From contig NC_042998.1 in assembly GCF_006345805.1 (NCBI RefSeq), positions 47,554,001-47,618,000 on the forward strand: DNA of 64,000 nucleotides, in the 5' to 3' direction. Under the pieces are notes generated by a model, which saw nothing but the letters and a program-made list of their open reading frames with translations, did not search any database and had not been told where the DNA came from. The translations under genes and the position numbers were made by a program. The number at the start of each line of letters is the position of its first letter. Within the stretch, counting starts at the first letter, position 1. Shown here in pieces: positions 39,493 through 53,393 of this stretch. This DNA comes from Octopus sinensis (taxonomy: Eukaryota).

Positions 39493-39906
39493 TGATATGA
39501 TCAAAAAGAGTTTAAAATTTCGACAATCTGCTGTTGCATTGATTGCTCCATAATAACGTGGCATACAAATATTATTAGTATCAATGTTATTCTTGGTACT
39601 TGGCAACTACTCAAAACAAGGATAAACATAGTGTCGTTGTGGTTATTGTTTAAATTTATGTCAATGAATAATCTAAAATGCGCATACACAAGTCTATTAG
39701 CAAGGAAATTAGTGACCACTTATTGCTATCTATAAGGGCTACAACATTATCGCAGTTATTTGTCAACTGGTTCTGAGCTAAACAAAGCTTACACAAATCA
39801 AAAACCTAAGGATTATTTATTTAACCGAGCACATATGATAAATATTTGTGTCCGTGTGATATGTGCATGTAATGTTTGCGTTTATATTAGTGTATGTGAA
39901 TGTGTA

Positions 39907-39959
<53 letters not shown>

Positions 39960-39960
<1 letters not shown>

Positions 39961-40090
39961 ATTGTGCGGTATGAAGCTTGCTTCTCCGCGATACGATTCC
40001 AGGTTCAGTCCCACTGCGTGGCACCTTGGGCAAATGTCTTCTTCTGTACCTCCAAGCCGACAAGAGTCTTGATAGACGGAAACTGAAAGC
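39960..40090 (+). mobile_element. SINE family C, 5' half
   Basis: GGTTCAGTCCCACTGCGTGGCACCTTGGGCAAATGTCTTC. Confidence 0.75.
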
Positions 40091-40405
40091 CATTTGTTTA
40101 TGTAAATATCTATCAATCAATCAATATATCTATCTATCTATCGATAGATAGATACAAAATACATTTAGAATATTACATGTGTATTTATTGTGTATGTATG
40201 TATCTATGTGTGTGTATATATCTACATACCTCTAATATATCTTTGTATTTGTATTTGACCCACTCCAATACTTGACAACCGTATGTATGTATGTATGTAT
40301 GTATGTATGTATGTATGTATGTATGTATGTATGTGTGTATGTATGTATGTGTGTATATATACATATATATGTATATATATATATATATATACATATGTAT
40401 GTATG

Positions 40406-40458
<53 letters not shown>

Positions 40459-40682
40459 GTATGTATATATACATATATATATATATACATAGATACACAT
40501 ACATACGCGCGCACACGCACACACACATATGTATGTCCTATTTTCCGTTTGATTGGCTTTTTATTTAATCCTAAAAATATTATTTACGTAAGGCCCGCTC
40601 TAATTAATTTTTTTACCTATATATATATATGTGTGTGTGTGTGTGTATGCATGCCTTTATGCATGTTTGCATGCATGCATGC

Positions 40683-40725
<43 letters not shown>

Positions 40726-40734
40726 ATATACATG

Positions 40735-41100
40735 TATTCTTTTATTTGTTTCAGTCATTTGACTGCGGCTATGCTGGAGCACCGCCTTTAGTCGAACAAA
40801 CTGACCCCAAGACCTATTATTTGTAAGCCTAGTACTTCTTCTATCGTTCTGTTTTGCCGAACCGATTTGTGACGGGGACGTAAGCACACCAGCATCGACT
40901 GTCAAGCGATTGTGGGGCGGATAAACACAGATACACAAATACACACACATACATACATACATATATATATATGTGTGTGTGTGTGTGTGACGGGCGTCTA
41001 TCTGTTTCCGTCTATCAAATCTATTCACAAGGCTTTGGTCGTCTCGAGGCTATAGTAGAAGTCACTGAACCCAGAAGCATGTGGCTGGTAAGCCATTCCT
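40735..41100 (-). mobile_element. SINE family C
   Basis: TTTCAGTCATTTGACTGCGGCTATGCTGGAGCACCGCC...CAAGGCTTTGGTC. Confidence 0.8.
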
Positions 41101-41480
41101 GCTTACACACACACACACACATACACACACAACATACATACATACATACATATATATATATAATCGAGGTGCAGAAATGGCGTATTCCGAATAAATAAGG
41201 TGATATGATCCGATGGTAGAAAGTAATCTGCAAATTAGGTACTCCAAAGCTAGTCGGAAATGTATGTATGTGTGTGTGCGTGTGTGTGTGTATCTTTGAG
41301 TGTGTGTTTGTTTTCCACCAACCATAGCATAGCCTTTCGGCAAAAGAGACCGATAGAGTGAGTACCAAGCTTACAAAGAATAAGTCCTGGCGTCGATTTT
41401 TTTCCAACTAAAAATAGGCGGTACTCCAGCATGGCTGCAGTCAAATCACTGAAATATGTAAATGAGTAAAAGAATATATA

Positions 41481-41487
41481 TAAATAT

Positions 41488-41557
<70 letters not shown>

Positions 41558-41558
41558 C

Positions 41559-41593
<35 letters not shown>

Positions 41594-41594
41594 C

Positions 41595-41641
<47 letters not shown>

Positions 41642-41642
41642 C

Positions 41643-41733
<91 letters not shown>

Positions 41734-41734
41734 G

Positions 41735-41778
<44 letters not shown>
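41481..41778. repeat. (GATA)n microsatellite, about 74 units
   Basis: Read directly; continues at 42975-43030 on the other side of the Tx1 insert. Confidence 0.95.
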
Positions 41779-42974
41779 TGTTTCTTTATTAGCCACACAG
41801 GGCTGCACACAGATAGAACAAATTACAAGGTAGAGCTTTTCTTTTGAAGGTATTAAAAAAAAAAAAAAAAAAAAAAAAGGAAGGGGGAGGTTCGATCAAA
41901 AGGGATCGTAAAAGGAGAGAAAGAGGACAAAAATAAGGGGGGTTAAAAAAAAAATAAAAAAAAAAAGGGGGGGGAGAGGAAAAAAAAATGATCAATAGGG
42001 ATCGTTATCACAGAAATGTCAATATGAAGTGTAAAGGGGAGGACAGGTGAGGTTTACCCGTGGAAAGAAAAGCCTGCGGAAAAGACCACGGTAACCTCGG
42101 TCAATGAAGTCACATTTTATATTTCTTTTTTTTTTTTTTTTTTTTTTTGCAAATAAGCAACTCTCTGTTTTCGATTTCTGGGTTCATAGGACTATGCTCA
42201 AGGTGGCTTCGTCATTCATACGTGCCATTCTTGCTACATTCACCCATCTTTTTTTAAAACATTCGCTAGACAAAACTTGCCTCTCTACTCTCACTTTCCT
42301 TTTCAAGTGGTACTTGAAGAAGTTGATGAGAGATTGACCAGAGAGGAAAGTGTTTGTCTCCAATCCTTTCAGACGCGTCCACCAGATACATTCTTTCGCC
42401 ATAGCCACAAGGATGATGAAAATAGCTCTTCCTTCCCGTTTGAAGGAAGGAGGCGTGACAATATTGACGATAGACTCAGCTGATAAACCGACTCGTCCCA
42501 CACGTGACAGCAGTTGTTCGACATAAGCCCACAGGTCGGAAATTGTTGGACACTGAACGAGTGCGTGCAGAACGGTTTCGTCGCTCTGACCGCATCTCGG
42601 GCAGGTCGGCCCCGTGTTTCTCGAGCCGTGTCTGTAGAGCTTATCCCGAACGGGTAGCGCTTCTCGGTAGCACTGCCAGGCCAGGGATCTCTGGAAGTTG
42701 TCCATGGGCCCTGGCCCGAAAGTCGTCCCGAACAGGCGGGTCAGGTACTCCTCGTCGACGTCCAGGTTCGCCCCGAGCTCGTCGTCGTACCTCCCCTCCA
42801 CTAAACCCCTATAGAATGCTTTGGTTGTGTTGAAGTCACTTAAGGTCGACCCAGGACGGCAAAGTTGCTTGAGAGCAACGCGACACTCGCGGTGCCATTC
42901 GCCCTTCCTCGGCCTCTTTTTGATCCACGACTGCAGTTCGGTCATGGAGACGAGCTGCGGGAAAGCGTGCCTCA
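41779..42974 (-). mobile_element. Tx1/L1-clade LINE, 5'-truncated, inserted in (TATC)n
   Basis: About 262 uninterrupted codons (42974-42184) with LPVRDKL and a CPRCGQSDETVLHALVQC zinc finger, then a 3' UTR ending AATAAAGAAACA. GATA repeats on both sides. Confidence 0.9.
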
Positions 42975-42986
42975 GATAGATAGATC

Positions 42987-43051
<65 letters not shown>

Positions 43052-43065
43052 ACATATACATATTT

Positions 43066-43099
<34 letters not shown>

Positions 43100-44050
43100 A
43101 ACGAACATATTCCTGGAGGAATACAAATAAAAAAGATTTGGAGTGGTTTTATTATTATTATTTTTTTGTTTTGTTTTGTTTTCTGTTTTAGCGTTTCTAA
43201 TGTAAAATAAAAACAGTAACAATGACCTTGCAAAAAAGATATTTATATATCCGTGTTTGGAAAAGTCCTTTACCTACATACACCATTCGTCTGCATCTCT
43301 AATTCTCATCACTCAAACCCGGCCGTCTCTCTTTCGTTCCCCTTTTCTCTCTCTCTCTCTCCTCTCTCTGTCTCTCTGTCTCTCTCTGTCTCTCTCTCAC
43401 GCGCGCGCGCCTTCTCTCTCGGTCGCTCTTTCATATAAGGAGAAATATCCTAAGCGATCACATGTGTGGGGAAATCTTTTTTTTTTTATTTATATTAGAC
43501 TTATTAGTCTACAGCTTTTTGTGTGTACTCGTCTCGTTGAATTATTGTACACACTATGTGCGCGTGATTTGTATCTCTACATGCACGCGCACATACATAT
43601 ATTTCTGCAGAGACATATACAAGAGGTCACGCTCAAGAATACACATATATATATATATGTATGTGTGTCTGCATACATATACATACATATTTATAAATAT
43701 GCATTCATATATATATATATATATATAATAGAATGAGTACCAAGGTTTTGTCTCTAATTTAATATAATATAATATATATATATATATTATATATATAATA
43801 TATATATATATATATACAAATTGAGAATATAAGCATTAACATGATTATATCGGTGGCTAACCTATAAAAAACGACCATATTTAATTAATTTTACATATAT
43901 TGAGGTTATAAGAGGTAATGGTGTCATTGAGACCCAAAGGTGTCAGGTAATGCTGAATAAGTGCTATAGACAGACCATAGTTAAACTCCACGTTCGGTAA
44001 TTTTGCGAATAAGGGGTTCAACGTTGGTCATTGTCAGGGTGTGTATATAC

Positions 44051-44155
44051 GAATTTTTTGTGTAATGAGATAAAAAAAGAATGGCTGTGTAGATATTAGA
44101 ACATTCAATATCTACACAACCTTGGTTTTTTTTTATCTCATTACGCAAAAAATTC
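44051..44155. repeat. 105-bp near-perfect hairpin (miniature fold-back element)
   Basis: Arms 44051-44097 and 44107-44155, 9-nt loop. Confidence 0.85.
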
Positions 44156-44162
44156 TTAATTT

Positions 44163-44204
<42 letters not shown>

Positions 44205-44207
<3 letters not shown>

Positions 44208-44583
44208 CTTACCAACCACATGGTTCCGGGTTCAGTCCCACTGCGTGGCGCTTTGGGCAAGTGTCTTCTACTATAGCCTCGGGCCGACCAAAGCCTTGTG
44301 AGTGGATTTGGTAGACGGAAACTGAAAGAAGCCTGTCGTGTATATGTATATATATATATATATGTGTGTGTGTTTGTGTGTCTGTGATTGTCCTCCCAAC
44401 ATCGCTTGACAACCGATGCTGGTGTGTTCATGTCCCCGTAACTTAGCGGTTCGGCAAAAGAGACAGATAGAATAAGTACTAGGCTTACAAAGAATAAGTC
44501 CCGGGGTCGATTTGCTCGACTAAAGGTGGTGCTCCAGCATGGCCGCAGTCAAATGACTGAAACAAGTAAAAGAGTAAAAGAGT
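44205..44583 (+). mobile_element. SINE family C, reference copy
   Basis: tRNA-like GGTTCCGGGTTCAGTCCC, GGGCAAGTGTCTTC box, internal (TA)/(TG) tract, 3' end GACTGAAACAAGTAAAAGAGTAAAAGAG. Confidence 0.88.
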
Positions 44584-46029
44584 ATTCTGGAGTTACTGTT
44601 ATTAATGTTGCGACTCTTTTACTGATTCTCCTCTTTAGTTGGCATTTGGTGAAAGTGGGAGTTCGAAGTTGCTACTCTCAGCTGTTTCTTACCGCTTAGT
44701 ACGCTCACCTGCTACTGTATTAAAATGTCCAGCTGCTTTTTGAAGACGTCTGCATCCGCTTTTGCAGTATCTGGTTCTAAAATCAAGATAGCGACGATAT
44801 TATTATGTGATGGTGCAGCAGTGCAGCTGAAATAGTTCCTGGTGGATGGGTGATTGTTTGAGAATCTTTAAAAGAAAAGGCGCATGTTTAAAATTTCTCC
44901 TCTTATTCAAATCTTTGCTATAATCATATAATTTCCTAGAAATCATATAATGAGGAAAACGTGTTAGAATTTCAAGGTTTGTGAGAAACTTCTCATCTAT
45001 AAGTTCATTAATTGCTATCTCGTAATAATATCAGAATTTCTCACTTAAACTGAGCTTACAAAGTAGATTTGAATGAAACATACCATCTAAATACGGAATA
45101 GCATTGTTGAGGATCAACCATTAAATATTAAATATTAAATGCTCTTATTGGACGCTGTTATTCCGTTCTTTTTAACTTTTAAATCCAATAACATTTCAAA
45201 GGCTTGCTCCAAGTTTTCTTTAGGTATGAATATGTTTATAAAACCTAACTTTAGAGCTATTGCTGGTCACGTGATAGAATTATTGATAGTGTAACTTTGA
45301 TACAATAGATTATATGTTTCGAGAGAGAATGAGTGATAAAGGAGTAAATGATTTGAATGATGCAATTACAAATATTGTAGTTTTTATATATATAATTGTT
45401 AATGAAAAGGAAATGGGATCAAAATAATAGTGGTATTAATAACCTTACTACCGCAAGAATAGCATACCTTAACTGTGTTTCTATCAAACACCTTAGAGTC
45501 GATGTGATGTATCAGAAAAATGATAAGCGAGAAATATTTTTATATTATTTAGTGAAATGTAAACGAATGAATAGCTCCATATAAGAAGGGGAGATAATTT
45601 CAAGAAGCAAGGATTCTCCAAGTTGACATGCCATTAAGGAAAAGAAAAAGCATGTCTAGAGATAAGTAGACAGTAATGAGGTGTTACTGCTTCAGCAGCG
45701 TCATCAGCTCCATGATTATCTATCTCCAGTAGCCAAGGGGGTTCATCTAATTTTGACTTCATACTATTAAGTAATTCATGTATAAATGGTTAGTATTTAT
45801 ATCGCTTTTCAAATTCTGCATACAGATGTTGCATGTTGCATATGAGTAGTAACTACAGACACTTCTGAAATTTCTTCTGGGTTTTATTCATTATCTTTTA
45901 AATTAGTGCCTTTTTAACCCAGTAGAACAAGAACAGTTAATATTTTCTCCGTCGCTCGATATTTATATCTTAGTTTTAGCTTCTTTATTAAATGCGTATA
46001 TGTATTCATGCTCTTCATTATACATAGGC

Positions 46030-46236
46030 AGCGGGCTGTTAGAATCTTAACTCGCCGGACAATATACTTAGCGGCATCTCGTCCGTCTTTACGTTCTGAG
46101 TTCAAATTCCGCCGGGGTTGACTTTTTCTTTCATCCTTTCGGGGTCGATGAAATAAGTACCAATTATGCACTAGGATAGGTCAAATCGATTAGTTCTGTC
46201 CCCTAAAATTTCAGGCCTTAAACCTAGGGTAGAAAA
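46030..46236 (+). mobile_element. SINE family B
   Basis: GTTCTGAGTTCAAATTCCGCCGGGGTTGAC...GGGGTCGATGAAATAAGTACC. Confidence 0.78.
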
Positions 46237-46772
46237 GACAATATAAAATCCACAAATATATAAAGAGATATAGCAGATAGATAAATGAAAATATATATAC
46301 ATAACAGAATTTAGCTTGTGTGCTTTGGTCTTGTTTTGAAGTATTGCAGAGAATATTCACCGGTATCAATCTGAAAAATCAATAAAATAAGTAGCAACTA
46401 TCGCTATGAAAGTTAACCAGTGCATAATCAAAATAACGTTTATTCTGTTGGTAGGGTAGTAGCAACGGTGGAGACAGCTGACTCGAGTAATTGATTAAAT
46501 CCTCTTTTTTTTTCAGATATAAGTTTTAATCCTACCCAGGTGATCTTTTATTCATCAGTATGAGGTTAATAAACATGCTGGAAAACTTTCAGTTAGATAT
46601 AATTTTTCTTCCTTATAAAGTTGATACGAATTAAAAGTCGTTATTAAATATGTGTGTGTATACGCGCGTGTCTGATGTATTCTCCTCTCGGTTTCTTCAT
46701 CAGTAACAATGCTAATGTTGAATGTGAGATTTGAATCCTGCCAACGATTTGCAAAGAAACTCGAAGATGTTG

Positions 46773-46818
<46 letters not shown>

Positions 46819-48078
46819 GTCAATTTATTCGACTAAAAGGCAGTGCTCCAGCATGGCCGCAGTCAAATGACTGAAACAAATAGAAGAGTAAAAGAGATAT
46901 TATATATAAGATTCTCGATGTGAAATCGTATATTGAACCATAAGTTGTATCTTGGAGGGCCTACCTTTGTCAATAAATAACACACTCACTGGTTCTATTT
47001 AGTTTCTTTTAACTAGTTAACTAATTAATCAGTTGATTAATCAACTTCTTTATCGATCGATTAGTTAACTGGTAAATTAGTTAACTAGTTGAGGAATAAT
47101 TTTGACAGAATTTCTTATCGTACGATCGTAAATTCTACTAGTAATCCAATAATGTTACGAATAAAAGTTACACGTCTCTGACGATTTGACAATAGGTCCT
47201 CATTATGTAACATAGACTATGTAAATAATGATCACTTTATGTTAACGAAATGTACGTAAGATACTAAATATCTTAAACGCATTTTCTCGTGTTTCATTTT
47301 ATAATTATATATACATAGATATGTTTATATAAACAGTATACGTGTGTATATGAAAATAAGGAGGAACTCTTTACATAATTAAACAAACAGGTGAAAATAT
47401 TAACCAAATCTCTCAGATTTTTTTAAATGCAAACATACATTAGATAATATAGTCCTAATTATAATCTGCAAGAATTTATAAACATCTTAACTTTTGAATA
47501 TATATTTAGATAGCTTCCAAACATCAATAAGAAAAATTGAAATGTACAGATATGCTTATGTGTTCGTACATAGGTGCGTCTATATCAAGGACGCATTCGA
47601 AAATTCATGAGCGCATATGTACATACATACATACATACATACATACATACATACATACATACATACATACATACATACATACTTATATATATATATATAT
47701 GTATGTATATATATATATATGTATATATGTGTGTGTCTGTGTGTGTGTGTGTTGGCCTGCTCGCTTAGCCAGCGGGGTGGCGTCATTTGAAGGCTAAAAC
47801 AATGCGAAGCGCATTGTGACCAGCGTTGAGCAGCAACACCTGGTCGGTCACGTTGTCACGTGATATATATGTGTGTGTGTGTATATATATATACACACAC
47901 ATATATGCTTGTATGGAGACATATGAGTGTGTATTTTTTTGTGTATGTCTATATGAACGTGTGAGTGTGTATATGTATGTGTGTGCAATTATACTAGTAA
48001 TCTTCATGGTTATGTATTTCTTCACAATTTTCCTCTCTATGCTTTATCTTTGCTTTTCTTTCACTTTCTTTCTCTCAC

Positions 48079-48117
<39 letters not shown>

Positions 48118-49082
48118 TACTCACACACTCACGCATACACATTTACACACACACACACACACATACATACATTCACACGAATAGACATACAACCCAACGT
48201 GTATCTGTGTCTATATTTATGTAACTCAAGTCTTTTGTGCGTTCTATCAATAATAACTAGAAATCACTCTATGTTTCCCAAGCTTCCCAGATATTCTCTT
48301 CGTGATGGATCCAACAGCAAATAATTCGATGATAATTATAAACAAATCTTGAAAACCAAGTTCAGCGTGTACGCCATAGCCTTTAGAAAGTCGACAAATG
48401 ACACTGCGAGACCTTTTTCAATAGAAAACTCAATCGGTGTTGTAAGCATGCTTCTTTCAGCAACGCAAACTATTGTGGGTGGAGTTTGAATTTGCGTTTG
48501 TTAATCCTTCGGAAAAGAAATATATTACAATGGAGAAATCCCCTCGTACGATTTTCTGATTGTCTCATTGACCCCCGTGTCGTTTGTTATCATTGTTAGA
48601 TAAATCCGATCTCATGTCCTCAGGAGTTATCCGGTCGTCAAGTGATTGAACAAATGACACGACAGGTGAGTGGGTAGGGGGGGAAGAGAGAAAGAGAGAG
48701 AGGAAGAGAGAGGGGGAAAAGAGAGAAAGAGACAGAGAGTAAGAGGAACCCTTGACCGAGGTTTCGTAAATTCTATTGCTTTAAACAACTATATTACAAA
48801 TAAGCTTGGCTTCAAAAACACAATACTGCGGGATTAATCTATAACAGCATGTACTTATACTCGATGTCTTTCCCACGTTTCCAGCAAACTTTTAAATTTG
48901 TACGGGTGGGTGGATCCTACTTAAACTATCTGAGTACATTTCGATTTGAAACATTACAATGCTTTTAATTTTTTTCTTTCTTCTCTCTAGTTTTATCTAT
49001 TTATTTATTATTTTTTGGTGATCTCTCTCATCACTATCAGGGGTTTTATCACACCTAAGTAGCTTCATCAATAAGTTTAGAC

Positions 49083-49436
49083 CAGAGGTTCTCACTCATT
49101 TTTTAAATTTTATGGACCCCTTTGATTTGTATTTTATTTTGGTGGACCCCCACAGCCAATCTATGTTTAGAAACTAGTCTTATCGAAACTTCTTTCGAAA
49201 TTCCTATTTTACTTTTTCACACATTAACTTGTGTCGGTTGAACTATGTAAAACATTTGAGTAAGAACCTAACTCTTTCTTCTAATACATACCAATACATA
49301 CGTCTAAAGCAAAAATTTTCAAGGGCGGCTCTTGAAATACAATTGTGGATCCCCAACTTACTATTTTGTTGCAGGGATCCTCAAAAATCTTATTTGGATC
49401 CTCAGGAGCCGTATGGACCCCAATTGAGAACCACTG
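49083..49436. mobile_element. hAT (Charlie-like) MITE, 354 bp
   Basis: TIRs CAGAGGTTCTCA and TGAGAACCACTG. 8-bp TSD GTTTAGAC/GTTTGGAC (1 mismatch). Confidence 0.85.
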
Positions 49437-51949
49437 GTTTGGACAATAAAAATACATATATACAAAGAATAAAAGAATAAATGAGTACATGTTCCCATTG
49501 AACACTTTTTGATTCATTTCTTTTTTTTTTTGTATATTTATTTGGCGGGGGTCAACTTAATTTCATTTATTTTTTTTTTTTTATTCATTTACTTTAATTT
49601 TTTATTTTTAGTAAGGAGAGATAACTGAAGTCTAGATCAATTACAGTATGTTTTCAAAGGCAGCCTGATATATTGAAACTTAGGAGTTGTAATTAAAACG
49701 TTATTAATCCTTGTCTATAGTAATTTTATATAGTTATCTATTTCCAATTTTCTGTACTATTTAGTACACTATCATTTAAAACTAGGTTATTTAGTTTACT
49801 AAAATGTATATCTTTCGTTTGTAAGACAATTTTCTGAGCAAATACTTATACAGCTACTGAACACATAGATATTAAACTTTGGTACAATTTACACAATTAT
49901 TTGAATATTTTTGTTTCTTTTATTCCTTTGCTTGTTTCTGTCTTTGAATTGCGCCCATGCTGGTGCACTGCTTTGCAGAATTTAATCGATCGAATCAGCT
50001 CTAGTATTTATCTATTTTATTTTATTATTTTTTTGTGTCTGATACTATTCACTCAGTCCCTTTTGCTAAATCCCTGATAGCCAGAACGTAAACAAACCAA
50101 CACCGGTTGGCAAGTGGCGGGGAGACAATAACAACAATACGCACGCACAAACACACATATATAATATATATCATACCTTTATCTTTTATCGTTTACCCTT
50201 TATTTATTACAGTCATTAGACTTGAAGAATTTTAGTCGAGCGATGGATCCCAGTTCTTATTTTTTAAGCCTGGTACTGATTCTATCGCTCTCTTTGCCAA
50301 ACTGCAAAGTTACAGGGTCGTAAACACAGCATCACCGGTTGTCAAGCGGGGGTGGTGGGAGTCAACAAAACTGGAATTTGCGATATTATTTTTAATTTTG
50401 TAGTCACAATTGTTGCGATAAAAACTGGAAATACTTTTCATGAATATAGGAGGACCTTGAAATACTTTCATGCAAGTGATGTATAAGTTAGTATCTTGCA
50501 CACAAACAAGAGGTGCCCGAGTGTACAGGTTGTCTGAGTACTATCTAGTTTAACTTTCAAATAGCAATCTTTTTTTATAAATCATAACAACGCATATGGG
50601 TCGTAGAAACTACATGTAATCTAAAACTCGATTACACAAGGAAATTATCAAACTTCTCTCATAAATGAACTCTTCATACTACATATATCTAATTTAATCT
50701 GGTAGAATTTAATTTGATTTGATTTAATCTCATTTAGCACCTAGCTGTTTTACAAAACATTGAATAATAACAAACTCACAATCCAACGAGAAATACATCT
50801 TGACCTACTTAAATGTCTTGGGTTCTCATTTCGAACTTAAACCTAAGGTCGGGATGAGGTCAACTACACAGTAATTTTTATAGCCATATCAAGTTTCTAA
50901 ATCTCCCCCTCACTTTCTTTTTTCTTTCTAAAACTATAGTAACTTATAACTATAGTAACTATAGTAACTTTGCAAAATGCGTTAGCTACGCACAAATACG
51001 ATCAGTTCGCTTCAATCCACATCTGCGGACTGACCTTGAATAAAAGTAGATAGTCGAAAATAGCTAGATGCAAAGACAATTGCTAATTCTCTATGCAGCA
51101 GAAACACGTGTCGGTCGTATCTAAAGCAATTATGCTGTATAATTAACTGTAAAAATAAAAATAAAAATACAAAAGATGCAGATGTACTCATTTCGGTATT
51201 CATTGTAATCGTCTTAGATTTACGCTCCCGAAAATATCCATAATCCAGGTAAGCAAACCCAGTATTTACCTATCGGATGCATTACGGTGGGATTGCTCAC
51301 CCTAAGTAATCCTAGGTGCTCCCTACTACTCGATGTAGTTAGCTTGAACCCGGATAATAACTGAGTACTCGTACGGTACCCGCCTGGAAATGTTATCCAT
51401 AACACCATGCATCCATTTCCAAATAAGTTTTATCTCATATATATATGTATATATACTGGCATACCTCATCCTACGTCGTTAATTGGTTCCAGGAGACATG
51501 ACTTCACGATTTAAGTGGGAAATGACGTAAGTCGAATTAACTTGTCTTTTGGTTAGACTAGGCCAAATTTACTTGCCTCTAGGCTAAACCGATAATAACC
51601 ATTCCCAGTTCTGTACTTTATTTATGAATGCATGATTAATAAAAACCTGTTTTAAGCTTACAAACAAATAATTTATATTTTTTTAATACAGTAAAAAAAC
51701 TAGTTATCTAAATTTACAAATACATTTTGGCGGTGTTTACCGTACATTGCGGACGCTTTATTTACGAATGCAGTATGAAATAAGTCATGGTAAAATAAAA
51801 GCTTTTTTTAAGCTTAAATAAACTAATTCAGTAATTATTATTATTTTGCAATAGTAAAAAATTATTTAAAATTTACCAATACGTACATACAATTTGGTGG
51901 TTTACATCGCGGATGTAAAAGGCTGTGACTCATCAACATCAACAGCTGA

Positions 51950-53046
51950 CACTGGCAACATCAACAGCTAACTCTGTTCGATGTGCTTAAAAACCGGTTG
52001 AGAGTTCATTGAACTGTCTTCTTTTCCTCAAGAATTACATTACAAGGAGCAAAAGCTTCGTGAGAAGCCCCATAATCTTGGAAAAGCTTTGTGCATTTGC
52101 ATCCATATCCTCGAATATAGAAAGAGCTTTTTCAATATATGCAAATGATTGCTGCATTTTCTTAATGGCAAAGTGACGTGACTCAGATTCATCTTCCTCT
52201 TCTTCTTTATTTTGCTGCTCATGAAGCTCTATCAAATCCTCGTTGGTCAGGGGCTGCTTGTCTTTTTCAAATAATTTTGTGAAATCCTCCTCCTCCAACC
52301 TAACAATCCAAAGAGAAAAAACTTTCCATTTCTTCAAAGACTTTACCTCTTTTCTTATTGATGACAGTGTTCTTCATCCCTGGGGCTTCAGATTTGATAT
52401 GTGCTAAAATCTTGTCCTTATTATGTATAATCGTTGATATAATTGTCCGACTCTTCTCAAAAGATCCTGCAATTGCTATCACTTTTTCATCATTTTCATG
52501 GCGTTTTATCATAGCCAGTTTATCTTCCAGCGTTATAGCATGACGCTTAGCACTTTCACTATGAACTTTGTTGGGAGCTATGAGGACAAAAAAGAAAGTC
52601 ACAATTGAATGAGAATGAGTAAGTAGCCAATAAACTGATGTAAACAAATCTGAATTCAAAACAATCACGGGAATCACGAGTGACGACGACGCCTAACAGT
52701 AAATATTGAAACTACAGAGCAATATGAGCTCCAAAAGACCGATAAATAAGACAATACAGCTGATTTCATGATTTCGCTCACTAACCTACACTACTTTATG
52801 GTGTGTATCTTAACATTTACTGTACGTATTTTAATAAAATTTTATATGTTTTTATTCGTATTCATTGTACAGTAACCTGATTTTATGTGCTTTTAACGGT
52901 TTTCTAGTGATTTTATGATTCCAATATTTGTGGCGGATAGATGTAAAGTCGAGTATATTGACTTAACTTGATTTTTTTCCATATATTATTTTTGAAAACC
53001 GACGTATAATCGAGAACTACTTAAGGCGAAACGACTTAAGCCGAGG
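51950..53046 (-). mobile_element. Tigger/pogo element with an internal deletion of the DDE domain
   Basis: KRHAITLEDKLAMIKRHE...STIIHNKDKI (CENP-B-type HTH) is fused to the acidic C-terminus QPLTNEDLIEL..EEEDE. Element boundaries are approximate. Confidence 0.8.
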
Positions 53047-53054
53047 TGTGTATG

Positions 53055-53086
<32 letters not shown>

Positions 53087-53393
53087 TACACACTCACACA
53101 CACACACCCACACACACACACACAAACACACACATAAATTATATAGTAAAATAAAGATTCAGATAGAATCAGGTACTTGAAAAGATATGCACCAGGTAGG
53201 GTTGGATAATCTCTGTGATTCCGGCCTATGGTGTGTGAGTATCAAATAGGATATTCCGATTGTGTACACAGAGGAAACCAGCCCTATGAGCATTTAGCGT
53301 CTAGGGGTTGGTCCAAATCATGCGTTACTTTGAATAGTTCGTTGTTGGTATACTCTATGGTGTCCGAGAAGTTGTAAATTCCCTTGGTGTATT

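Noticed and set aside
49160-49185. GAAACTAGTC half-hammerhead; also GAAACCTAGGTA at about 19799
   Set aside because: No upstream CUGANGA or matching stems; the first lies inside the hAT MITE.
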